NCBI GenBank assembly: GCA_050015175.1
Contig: JBEKBX010000003.1
Span: forward strand, 4,104 to 68,103
DNA length: 64,000 bases
Direction of reading: 5' to 3'
Source: Acidimicrobiales bacterium
GTDB taxonomy: Bacteria; Actinomycetota; Acidimicrobiia; Acidimicrobiales; Bog-793
The notes beneath the pieces were generated by a model. The model saw nothing but the letters and a program-made list of their open reading frames with translations, did not search any database and was not told the origin of the DNA. How positions within the stretch are numbered: the stretch's first letter is position 1; each line of letters begins with the position of its first letter. Made by a program: the position numbers and the translations under genes. Shown one piece after another: positions 1-8,592 of the stretch.

Positions 1-244
1 CCACCCGGGGCCGGCCTGCGCCGACGTGGCCGACATCGTTGTCGAGTTGCGCTCGAGGGGCGCCGACGCCCGCCTGCTGGGCCCCGTCGAGGGTAGCGAC
101 GTCAGGTGGGCGGCGGCAGCGCCCGAAATCCTCGCCCCCATCTTGGCCGTCACCCGCGGCCAACAAGTAGCGTTGGCGTTGGCCCGCCTGCTCGGGCTCG
201 ACCCAGACTCTCCGCCAGGGCTCACGAAGGTCACGATCACGTGA
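1..244 (+). CDS. SIS-domain sugar isomerase/amidotransferase-like protein, C-terminal fragment (5' end outside window)
   Basis: The frame is open from nt 2 to TGA 242-244. The tail ...APILAVTRGQQVALALARLLGLDPDSPPGLTKVTIT resembles the end of GlmS/AgaS-type SIS domains. The stop overlaps the nagA GTG (GTGA), which fits an amino-sugar operon. Confidence 0.45.
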   Translation, partial: HPGPACADVADIVVELRSRGADARLLGPVEGSDVRWAAAAPEILAPILAVTRGQQVALALARLLGLDPDSPPGLTKVTIT

Positions 245-1476
245 AAGGCTTCGTACTCACCGCGTCCCGGATCGCCACGCCCGCGGAACTGCTGCACGAC
301 GGCTTCGTTGTCGTAGAGGGCCGCTCCGTGCGCGAGGTGGGCCAGGGCTCACCCCCTGACGACCTTTTCCCCATCGTCGAGCTCGGCGACACGCTCGTCG
401 CACCTGGCTTCGTCGACGTGCACGTACACGGAGGTGGAGGTGCCCAGGTCAACTGCGACACCAGAGACGAGGTCGTGTCGTCGGTGCAGAAGATGGCCCA
501 GTTTCACGCCACGCACGGCACGACTGCCCTGGTGGCCACGACGGTGTCCGACAGTCCCGAGGCGCTTAGAACGGCAATCGAGGGTGTGGCTGCCGTCGCC
601 CTCGCCCCGGGCGCGGCTGTCCTCGGGTCCAACCTCGAGGGTCCCTGGATAGCCCGGTCTCGGGCTGGGGCGCAGTTCACGGGTGCCCTGCGGCCACCGT
701 CTATCGCTGAGTTCCACGACCTGGTTGCCCGCAGCCAGGGCACACTGAGGTTGGTCACCGTGGCGCCCGAGCTCGACGGCGCGTTGAAACTCATCGCAGC
801 GGCTCGTGCGGCAGGAGTCGTCGTCTCCATAGGCCACACCGACGCCGACTATGAGACTGCGACCGCTGCCTTCGAGGCCGGCGCCAGGCACGCGACCCAC
901 TTGTTCAATGCCATGGCCCCTATCCACCATCGCCGGCCCGGCCCGGTGGCGGCGACACTCGCCGACGACCGGGTCTACCTGGAGATCATCGCCGACGGCA
1001 TCCACATCCACCCTGCGCTGATCTCGCTCGTAGCAAGGGTGGCACCTGAACGTCTGGTGCTCGTCACCGACGCCATCGGCGCCACCGGAACCGCGCCGGG
1101 GCTGCATCGCCTGGGACCGCTCGAAGTCGTTGTCAAGGACGGCCGTGCTGTACTGGCAGGCCACGAGGAGACCGTCGCCGGCAGCATCCTGACAATGGAC
1201 AGGGCCGTGGCCCTGGCGGTACATGTCGCCAGCGTGCCACTGCTCATAGCGCTTCAAGCCGCTTCGTTACACCCGGCCATGGCCCTTGACGAAAGCCGCA
1301 AGGGCCGGCTGACCTCAGGTGCCGACGCCGACATAGTGTTGCTCGACCAGGACCTTTCCGTCATCTCCACAATCGTTGGAGGCGAAGTGGTGTACGACCC
1401 CACGGGGGTGCTGGCGCCACTGGCTCACGAGGTGGCGCTCCCTGAGGTGCCTGTACCCGACGTGGCGGCCCCGTGA
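241..1476 (+). CDS. nagA: N-acetylglucosamine-6-phosphate deacetylase
   Basis: Track ORF 106..1476 trimmed to GTG 241, which overlaps the upstream stop. It has the HVHGGGG metal motif, GHTDA, HLFNAM and a C-terminal DADIVLLD typical of NagA amidohydrolases. Confidence 0.85.
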   Translation: MKGFVLTASRIATPAELLHDGFVVVEGRSVREVGQGSPPDDLFPIVELGDTLVAPGFVDVHVHGGGGAQVNCDTRDEVVSSVQKMAQFHATHGTTALVATTVSDSPEALRTAIEGVAAVALAPGAAVLGSNLEGPWIARSRAGAQFTGALRPPSIAEFHDLVARSQGTLRLVTVAPELDGALKLIAAARAAGVVVSIGHTDADYETATAAFEAGARHATHLFNAMAPIHHRRPGPVAATLADDRVYLEIIADGIHIHPALISLVARVAPERLVLVTDAIGATGTAPGLHRLGPLEVVVKDGRAVLAGHEETVAGSILTMDRAVALAVHVASVPLLIALQAASLHPAMALDESRKGRLTSGADADIVLLDQDLSVISTIVGGEVVYDPTGVLAPLAHEVALPEVPVPDVAAP

Positions 1477-1730
1477 CATCGAGGACTGGCGCCGCCTGAG
1501 GCCGACGCTCCTTCGCTCACATCACGACCGCACATGCGCCATAGCCATTCGCCGCGCAACGTCGCGGGGTCAACGAGCTCGGCCCGCGGTCCAGGGTAGG
1601 AGCACGCGATGTCCACTCGTGGTGCGCGCCGGTTCAAACCCGGGTAGTCGACGACGACGTAGCAGTCAGCGGGTCAACCCTAATGACATCCGATCAGCTC
1701 GTCGACGAGGCAGGCTGATCTCCGAGCCAC

Positions 1731-2948
1731 CTAGCCCGAGCCGGGAACCGACCGTGGCGGTTGCGGCTCTTGGTATCTGGGCACCAGTCCTGATACGAAC
1801 GTCGCGAACGTCGACAGAGGGTGTCTCAGCGCGCGGATGCGGGCCGAGGAGACCATTTCGCTCGGTGCGCGATACTCGACAATGAAGTCGGCGGCCGTTG
1901 CGACGCCGTAGACGGGACTCGGCAACGCTTCGATCGATCCGTTCTCCCCGACCATCTCGATCGCATCGGAATAGGGGGGCACGGTCCAAGAGCCGGAAGG
2001 TACCGTCAGGCCGAGCTGCGTGAAGGTGACCGACCCGAAGTCAGCGAGAGGATAGAGACCGCTCGTGTTCGGGTCGCCGGGATCCTCTGCGATCCACTCG
2101 GCAGAGGTACCGGGACCGGAGAAATTCTCGGGGGACGTGGACGACACCTGGGTTGTGACGTCCTCGACGTTGTACGCCCAGAATCCCGAGGATTGTTCTT
2201 GGTAGACCTGGGCGTAGATCAAGTCCCCCGGGGCGACCGTGAAGAGGATCTGGCTTGCATAGCCCTCAGCGTCGTCAGTCCACCACGCATAGTCGCCCTG
2301 CTGGCCGTTGACGCAGTAAGAGGTCGTCCCGTCCTGGAACAGACCCGGGTTCGAGGGGCCGAAGCCGTTGACACCTACCCAGTCGGTCGTGAAGCCGTTC
2401 GGCACCGATCCGCAATTGAGCACCGGGACCGCCCAGCCGCCACCAATGCCCTGATACCCACCGCTTTCTCCGGTAAGGACGTACCCCGACCAGTTGGGTG
2501 AGGTGAGACCGGGGGACCCGGAAAAGGCCGGCACCGTCGTGGTAGTTGTCGTGGTGGTCGACGTTGGCGGGCTGGTCGTCGTCGTGGTCGGTGTTGGCTC
2601 CCCGGCCTCGACGACCCTCAGGTGGTGGACGATCGTGGTCTTGCCCTGTGCGATGAGGCTGAGCGTGTAGTCCATCGCTTTGGTCTGTGGGTTCGCCCCG
2701 AACCGGAAAGAGCGCTCGACGCGCCCGGATCCGCATTTCACAGTCGCCGCGAACCTTGCAATGGCCGGCGACGAGGACCACGAGCACGTCTCGGCGTCGT
2801 GGACCGCCACAGGCCAGGTGACCGTGCCTCCCTTGGCGGTGAGGTGACGAGTTGGGACCGCCGGCGTGCTCGCGGCACTCTTCAGCGAGGGGACGGCGAA
2901 GACGGCGAGGGCCACGACGGCAACTAGAGAGCCTGGAACCTTTCTCAT
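1731..2948 (-). CDS. secreted peptidase G1 (eqolisin/glutamic peptidase) family protein with N-terminal Ig-like domain and Thr/Pro linker
   Basis: Signal peptide MRKVPGSLVAVVALAVFAVPSLKSAAS, then a PTPTTTTTSPPTSTTTTTTTTVP linker. The C-terminal domain has NWSGY, WVGVNGF, LFQDGT and SAEWIAEDP motifs matching the G1 family Gln/Glu dyad context. Confidence 0.7.
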   Translation of the reverse strand: MRKVPGSLVAVVALAVFAVPSLKSAASTPAVPTRHLTAKGGTVTWPVAVHDAETCSWSSSPAIARFAATVKCGSGRVERSFRFGANPQTKAMDYTLSLIAQGKTTIVHHLRVVEAGEPTPTTTTTSPPTSTTTTTTTTVPAFSGSPGLTSPNWSGYVLTGESGGYQGIGGGWAVPVLNCGSVPNGFTTDWVGVNGFGPSNPGLFQDGTTSYCVNGQQGDYAWWTDDAEGYASQILFTVAPGDLIYAQVYQEQSSGFWAYNVEDVTTQVSSTSPENFSGPGTSAEWIAEDPGDPNTSGLYPLADFGSVTFTQLGLTVPSGSWTVPPYSDAIEMVGENGSIEALPSPVYGVATAADFIVEYRAPSEMVSSARIRALRHPLSTFATFVSGLVPRYQEPQPPRSVPGSG

Positions 2949-3684
2949 CTCGAACCCCCCGGCGGGCAGTTACTACGGCAAAGTCTAAGCCTGTGGCCAG
3001 GAGAGAGAACAGGGCTCCCCTGGCGCGCAACAGCCCCGCCACCCTGAGTAACGGGGCTGTTGGCTCGGTGAGCGCAGAATACAGACCTTTCACGCTTCGG
3101 CGTGCACACCCGCATGCCGCGTGGAAACGGATCGTGCCGTCCCGGTGCCGGTGGCTGGCAGGAACCCTGCAGTGGCCGCGACAACGCTGGACTCCGGCAC
3201 CGGGGCAGCGAGGAGAGGCCCGCGGAATAAGTGCGGGTACCACCCTGTTGGGCCCGATGAAGGAGGGGGGTCGTGCGTCGGTCGCGGTGCCCAGCGAGAC
3301 CGGGCATGGGCCATCACACCTCCTGGCGCGGGGGGACATGAGAACCGGGGCCGAACGGTGAGCAGATGGGAACGACCCCGGCATGAAGTCCAGGAGCAGC
3401 TAGTGGCGGGGGGACGCCAAGCGTCCCCCTGCCACTGATCGCGAGCCCGGTTCGATACGGCCCGGCCCGGAACACGGCCCCTTGTCCCTTCGAGGCACGC
3501 CGGCGTCGATGATAAGGCGCCGTCAGCTCTGAGCCGGTGTGGACAGAGCCGCTGAGAAGGTCGCTGGCGAAATGCTCCCCTGTTGGAAAGTGCTGGCTCC
3601 GGGACCGGTCCTATCGCCGGGCCGTCCCCCGGCTAGCCTGACGTCGAGGTTCTCAGCGCTCCTGTCCGCTCCCATCGCCCGGAG

Positions 3685-4878
3685 GTGCCTGTGGGGAAGT
3701 CCCCGATCGCCAGCCTGTGCGCGCTCGCCGTCGTTTGCGGGATCTGCCTGCCACTCCTCACGAGCTGCAGCACGACGGGCACCGGTCCCGGTGTCACGCT
3801 GAAGCAGCTCGCAGAGCTCAAAGGCTCGGACACCGTCGCCAGCGACGAGTTCGGCGTCTCGGTGGCGGTCTCGGGCACCACGGCCGTTGTAGGGACCTCA
3901 GGTGCTTCCTACGCCGGGCGGGCTTACGTGTTCGCAAAGACGGCATCCGGCTGGGCCCAGGTCGCCGAGCTGAAGGGCTCCGACGCGACACCGGGCGACC
4001 GTTTCGGCAGTGCGGTGGCCGTTTCGGGACCGACTGTCGTGGTGGGCGCGTACGACCAGGCGAATGACGTCGGGCGGGCTTACGTGTTCGCAAAGACGGC
4101 ATCCGGCTGGGCCCAGGTCGCCGAGCTGAAGGGCTCCGACACGGCCGCTGGCGACTATTTCGGCTGGTCCGTGGCCATCTCGGGCCCGACTGCCCTGGTG
4201 GGGGCTGTTGGTCACGCGAAGTTCACGGGCAGGGCGTACGTGTTCACGAAGACGGCATCGGGCTGGACACAGACCGCCGAGCTGGAGGGTCCCGGTACCG
4301 TCAGCGAAAGCGGGTTCGGCACTTCTGTGGCTGTCGCGGGTGGTACCGCCATCGTGGGAGCAGAAGGCTACGCCAAAGGCACGGGCAGAGCGTACGTGTT
4401 CACGAAGACTGCGTCGGGCTGGACACAGATCGCCGAGCTGAAGGGTCCGGGCACCATTGCCGGCGACAACTTCGGTGCCTCAGTGGCCACCTCGCCGACC
4501 ACGGCCGTCGTGGGCGCGTTCGGCCGGGACAGTTCCGCTGGGGGGGCATACGTGTTCGCCGACACGGCCACGGGCTGGAAAGAGACGGCCGAGCTGAAGG
4601 CTTCCGACACAACCGCGGGCGACTACTTCGGGATCTCGGTAGCAATCTCGGGGAAGTCGATTGTGGTGGGTGCTTACGATCATGCCAACGGCGCCGGCCG
4701 GGCCTACGTGTTCACGCAGACGGCATCCGGCTGGAAGGAGACGTCGGAATTGCAGGGTTCCGACACCGTCGCGGACGACCACTTCGGCATCTCCGTGGCG
4801 ATCTCGGGAACTACGGAGGTGACAGGCTCATACGGCAAGGCGAAGTACGCCGGCCGGGTGTACGTGTTCAGGGCCTGA
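3685..4878 (+). CDS. lipoprotein with about 8 FG-GAP-like beta-propeller repeats
   Basis: Lipobox LLTSC follows a hydrophobic N-terminus. About eight ~52-aa repeats of the form GRAYVF.KTASGW.Q.AELKGSD...GD.FG.SVA.SG.T.VVGA. GTG 3685 or GTG 3691 lies just after GGAGG. Confidence 0.8.
   Translation: MPVGKSPIASLCALAVVCGICLPLLTSCSTTGTGPGVTLKQLAELKGSDTVASDEFGVSVAVSGTTAVVGTSGASYAGRAYVFAKTASGWAQVAELKGSDATPGDRFGSAVAVSGPTVVVGAYDQANDVGRAYVFAKTASGWAQVAELKGSDTAAGDYFGWSVAISGPTALVGAVGHAKFTGRAYVFTKTASGWTQTAELEGPGTVSESGFGTSVAVAGGTAIVGAEGYAKGTGRAYVFTKTASGWTQIAELKGPGTIAGDNFGASVATSPTTAVVGAFGRDSSAGGAYVFADTATGWKETAELKASDTTAGDYFGISVAISGKSIVVGAYDHANGAGRAYVFTQTASGWKETSELQGSDTVADDHFGISVAISGTTEVTGSYGKAKYAGRVYVFRA
3916..4140. 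repeat. 69-nt perfect direct repeat (3916-3984 and 4072-4140) inside the propeller gene
   Basis: gggcgggcttacgtgttcgcaaagacggcatccggctgggcccaggtcgccgagctgaagggctccgac occurs twice, 156 nt apart (one blade period). Other blades are diverged copies. Confidence 0.9.
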
Positions 4879-5023
4879 CACCTACCGGCTCCCCAGAGCC
4901 GCCGACACGTGGGATAGGAGTGCCTCGAGGCCGCGACGTTGTCCTCCCGCTTCGCCGTTTGGAACCGTGGAGAGACGGAAAGCGCAATCCTGCCCGGCGA
5001 GCGCGTGCTTGCGGCGCCGGAGT

Positions 5024-5048
5024 GTCAAGAAAAAGGCGCGAAACGCGC
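5024..5048 (-). terminator. putative intrinsic terminator downstream of the SRPBCC gene
   Basis: On the minus strand, a GCGCG-TTT-CGCGC hairpin (5036-5048) is followed by CTTTTTCTT. The stem is only 5 bp. Confidence 0.3.
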
Positions 5049-5072
5049 GTCATTTGAGAGATACTCATATAC

Positions 5073-5120
5073 GGTGCACGGCCCCTTGCTTCCCTCGCAA
5101 GGCAACGGGGGTCGTGCACC
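5073..5120. other. long imperfect hairpin in convergent intergenic region
   Basis: GGTGCACG-G-CCCC-TTGC-ttccctc-GCAA-ggcaac-GGGG-gt-CGTGCACC. The outer 8-bp, middle 4-bp and inner 4-bp helices can be read directly. Confidence 0.5.
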
Positions 5121-5199
5121 ATCTATCGGCTTGTTTGCCAAAGGTCTTGAGAATTAAGCGGGAAAGGCCCCGCAGGCTCTAGCCGATGTTGAGGCGGTG

Positions 5200-5727
5200 T
5201 CACGACGATGACAGATGCTCTCGTAGTCGGTTGAGCGCGCCATTTGCTCTGTGCTGGACCGTGTGCTCCACGAACGGGGCGATGAGCGCGCCCGCGAACC
5301 CGCCCGGCTGTTCATAACTCACGGAGAGACTGACCGTTGTGCCACCTGGGTCGGGACGCAGTTCGAACGTGAGGCTCTGGCTGTCGTCCCCGGCCGAGGA
5401 CCAAGTGACACTGCGACGCGGTTCGAGCGATGTGATGACGATCGTGGCCGAAAGCGTTCGGCCCCCGACCTTCAAGATCGCGTTGAACCGTGCGCCTTCG
5501 CCTGTTGTCTGGGATCCCACGGGGGTGAGTTGCTCGAGACCCTCGATGAACACCCCCGCGCACCTGTAGTCGGCCAGGCAATCGAAGATGGCCTTCGCTG
5601 ACGCCGAGATCGTCGCGCGCGCCTGAACTGTCTGCCTCAAGCTCAGCTCCTCCGGGCCGGTCGTGACATGAGTATGGGGAAGGGCAACCGCGACTTGCAC
5701 GTCGAAAGCCAGCCCGTCCGTTCTCAA
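5200..5727 (-). CDS. SRPBCC (START/polyketide cyclase-like) family protein
   Basis: Layout ...ISASAKAIFDCLADYRC...FNAILKVGGRTLSATIVITSLEPRRSVTWSS...LTFELRP...TTVSLSVSYE is typical of SRPBCC ligand-binding domains. The start may be internal. Confidence 0.65.
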   Translation of the reverse strand: MRTDGLAFDVQVAVALPHTHVTTGPEELSLRQTVQARATISASAKAIFDCLADYRCAGVFIEGLEQLTPVGSQTTGEGARFNAILKVGGRTLSATIVITSLEPRRSVTWSSAGDDSQSLTFELRPDPGGTTVSLSVSYEQPGGFAGALIAPFVEHTVQHRANGALNRLREHLSSS

Positions 5728-5843
5728 GTATTGCGGAACGCCACGAGGCGGCGTGGAAGAGTCGGTCGTCTCGGGCCTTGTCCTGGAACCGGAACCTGTC
5801 GCCGATGCGCCTCACGCGACAACCTGACTAGGCTCGCACCCCG

Positions 5844-7400
5844 GTGAGAGACCACAGCCGTGTCGTACCGATGCAGTCGCGCGTGGCGGACACCGCTGAT
5901 GTGCTTGCAACACTCTTGCAATCCTCGCCGGACGCCGTCATCGCGGTCGACGTAGACGGGTTGGTCGTGCTGGCCAGCGAGGCGATCAGGACGCTGTTCG
6001 GGTTCGATCCCGACGAGATCGTGGGCCTTCCGATCGAGACGCTGGTCCCTGAGCAGGCCAGGGCCATGCACGAGCGTCACCGCAGGAGGTACACCGAGAC
6101 CGGCGAACCGCGTCCGATGGGACTCGGCCTGGAGCTCATGGGGCGGCGGCGTGACGGGAGCGTTTTCCCGATCGATGTCAGCCTCGCTCCGTTCTCGACA
6201 GGTGGTGAACGCTTCGTAGGGGCCTTCGTGCGCGACGCCACCGATCGGCGTCGCCAGGAGGCGAGGCTGCACGCGATCAACGAGATCACCCAGCGGCTGC
6301 TCGCCGGCGAGCCGACGGCCGCCACGCTGGAGCTGGTCGCGTGCCGGGCACGCGGCCTGGTGGACGCCATCTTGGCTTGGGTGGTCGTTCCGTCAGGCAA
6401 AGAGGACCTTGTCGTGAGCGCGAGTGACGGAGAGGGCGCGGAGTCGATCATCGGCCTCGAGGTGACCACTGAGGGGAGCATCGCGAAACGTGCCATGACC
6501 GGAGGAGAGTCGATCATTGTCACGGACCTGTCGATGGAGTCGACCGTTCCGGCCAAGATGAAGGCGCTCGGTCTCGGGCCCGGCCTGTTCTGCCCCTTGG
6601 GTGTCGAGGAGCGGATACTGGGCGCACTGGTCGTCGCTCGGCCCCGCGGCGCGCCGGATTTCAACGCAAACGACACTGGGCTAGTCGAAGTCTTCGCCAA
6701 CGCAGCGATGGTCGCGCTCACATTGGGCGAGGCCAGGGTCGAGCTCGAGCAGCTCCAGGCTACGGCGGAGCGCGAGAGGATCGGCCGTGATCTGCACGAC
6801 ACCGTCATCCAGCAGCTGTTCGCGCTCGGCATGGGTCTGCAGAGCATCGAGCGGCTCACGAGCGGCTCGGTGGCCGGGCGGATCGACCGTGTCGTGGACG
6901 GCCTGGATGAGGTCATCCGTCAGATCCGAGAGACGATTTTCCATCTCGAACGGCCGGCGATGGCCGAGTCGGGACTCCGTTCGGCGGTCACCGCCGTCGT
7001 CACGGCCGCGGCGGAGCATCTCGGCTTCACCCCCCGTGTCGGGTTCCAGGGGCCCGTCGACGCGGTCACGAGCGAGCAGCTCGAGCCGCAGGTCATCGCC
7101 GTGTTGACCGAGGTTCTCTCGAACGTCGCCCGGCACGCCAGCGCCTCGGCGGTCGAGGTGGTCATCGCAGCCGAGGACAACATGCTCCTCGTCTCCGTCG
7201 CCGACAACGGGGTGGGCCCTTCCAGGGGGAGAACCGCCGGCAACGGGCTGCGGAACATCGCCGAGCGGGCCCGTGCGCTTTCCGGGTCGGTGTCGATTAC
7301 GGCTCGTAGCCCCTCGGGGACGCTCGTCGAATGGTCCGTGCCGACGGGGCCCGGAGGCTGGCCACGCCAGCAGGGCGCCGCACGGCCGGATGAAAGGTGA
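5844..7400 (+). CDS. PAS-GAF sensor histidine kinase (HisKA_3/NarL-type partner class)
   Basis: N-terminal PAS (SPDAVIAVDVDGLVV...), a central GAF-like region, H-box ERERIGRDLHDTVIQQLF, and an ATPase region NGVGP...GNGLRNIAERA. No response regulator is adjacent. Confidence 0.8.
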   Translation: MRDHSRVVPMQSRVADTADVLATLLQSSPDAVIAVDVDGLVVLASEAIRTLFGFDPDEIVGLPIETLVPEQARAMHERHRRRYTETGEPRPMGLGLELMGRRRDGSVFPIDVSLAPFSTGGERFVGAFVRDATDRRRQEARLHAINEITQRLLAGEPTAATLELVACRARGLVDAILAWVVVPSGKEDLVVSASDGEGAESIIGLEVTTEGSIAKRAMTGGESIIVTDLSMESTVPAKMKALGLGPGLFCPLGVEERILGALVVARPRGAPDFNANDTGLVEVFANAAMVALTLGEARVELEQLQATAERERIGRDLHDTVIQQLFALGMGLQSIERLTSGSVAGRIDRVVDGLDEVIRQIRETIFHLERPAMAESGLRSAVTAVVTAAAEHLGFTPRVGFQGPVDAVTSEQLEPQVIAVLTEVLSNVARHASASAVEVVIAAEDNMLLVSVADNGVGPSRGRTAGNGLRNIAERARALSGSVSITARSPSGTLVEWSVPTGPGGWPRQQGAARPDER

Positions 7401-7446
7401 CTTTCGCCTCTAACCGGAAAGGGCTGCTCAGGCCGACTCTTGAGAC

Positions 7447-7869
7447 GTGGATTGCGATCAGCGACCCGTTTTTGAGGAGCTAGTCCCTGAGGACTGTCTC
7501 GACTTGCTAAAGGGAGAGCGCGTCGGTCGCGTTGCCCTTACGGCACGGGCCTTGCCGATCGTCACGCCCGTGAACTTTTCATTGCTCGGAGACGACATCG
7601 TTTGGCGGTGCGCTCAGGGCACCAAGCTGAATGACGCCTCCGCAGGGTTCGTGGTGGCGTTCGAGGTCGACCACTACGAACTGGACAATCAGCAGGGCTG
7701 GAGCGTGATGGTGCAGGGACTGGCGCACGTCGTCACCGATGACGACGAGCTCGCTCGTGCGATGGAGCTCCCGCTCGAGCCCTGGTCGCTCGAGGGGATG
7801 GCAGACCGCTACGTCTGCCTGGTACCCAACATCGTGACGGGCACGCGCATCGGCCACAGCCGGGGGTAA
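7447..7869 (+). CDS. pyridoxamine 5'-phosphate oxidase family (Pyridox_ox_2-like) protein
   Basis: The pattern ...CLDLLKGERVGRVALTARALPIVTPVNFSLLGDDIVWR...GWSVMVQG.A is characteristic of this split-barrel family. Confidence 0.65.
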   Translation: MDCDQRPVFEELVPEDCLDLLKGERVGRVALTARALPIVTPVNFSLLGDDIVWRCAQGTKLNDASAGFVVAFEVDHYELDNQQGWSVMVQGLAHVVTDDDELARAMELPLEPWSLEGMADRYVCLVPNIVTGTRIGHSRG

Positions 7870-7959
7870 CCGGGCCCCGCGGCACCGGTCGCGCCTGCGC
7901 TGGCGGGCACGGGCGGCGTCGCAGGCTTCGAAGGCCCTGTCGCCCGTAGACTTGCCTAC

Positions 7960-8592
7960 GTGGAGGCCGTGGGAACAGAGGCCAACAACGGCTGCGACGG
8001 CCTGGATCGCGTGTGGACCCTGCCGAACGTGATCTCCTTAGCGCGGATCATGCTGCTGGGGGTGTTCTGTTGGCTGCTGTTCGGACCGGGCGAGCGGATC
8101 GCGGCGACGGTGGTACTGATGGTCGTCGGCACGACCGACTTCCTGGACGGCTACCTTGCGCGCAAGCTCCACCAGGTGAGCACCCTGGGCAAGGTTCTCG
8201 ACCCGGTCGCTGACCGGGTTGTGCTCGTGACTGCCGTCCTCGCCATCGCGATCTACGGTGCCGTGCCGGTTTGGCTCGCCGCGGTGGTGCTCGGACGCGA
8301 ATTGCTCGTGTCCGTAGCGGTCGTGGCGCTTGCCGCGTTGAGGGTGAAGCGTATCGACGTGCTATGGGTCGGCAAGGCGGGCACGTTCGGGTTGCTGTGC
8401 TGTTTCCCGTTGTTCTTGCTGGGCGACGAGCACGCGACGTGGGCCAGGGTGCTGACTGACGTCACCTGGGTGGCGCTCGTGCCGGCCTTGATCTTCAGTT
8501 TCGTTGCCGCCGCGGCGTACGTTCCTCTCGCCCGGCGGGCACTTGCCGAGCGGCGCCGCGAGCACGCGCACCGCGAGGCGGTGATCCCTTGA
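7960..8592 (+). CDS. CDP-alcohol phosphatidyltransferase (PgsA/cardiolipin synthase-like)
   Basis: Motif DGYLARKLHQVSTLGKVLDPVADRV (D-G-x2-A-R-x8-G-x3-D-x3-D), multiple TM segments, and a 4-nt overlap with the next gene. Confidence 0.8.
   Translation: MEAVGTEANNGCDGLDRVWTLPNVISLARIMLLGVFCWLLFGPGERIAATVVLMVVGTTDFLDGYLARKLHQVSTLGKVLDPVADRVVLVTAVLAIAIYGAVPVWLAAVVLGRELLVSVAVVALAALRVKRIDVLWVGKAGTFGLLCCFPLFLLGDEHATWARVLTDVTWVALVPALIFSFVAAAAYVPLARRALAERRREHAHREAVIP

Noticed and set aside
1629-1644. tRNA T-arm-like sequence GCCGGTTCAAACCCGGG in the nagA/peptidase convergent gap
   Set aside because: Only a 4-bp T-stem can form. I could not build an acceptor stem, D-arm or anticodon arm from the flanking 80 nt, so it is most likely a chance hairpin.
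3090-3438. ORFs 3121-3438 (+) and 3090-3317 (-) in the long intergenic region
   Set aside because: Both encode Pro/Gly/Ala/Arg-rich sequence without hydrophobic core patterns. They are mutually antisense. Only the minus ORF has a Shine-Dalgarno. Kept as a note within the finding, not as features.
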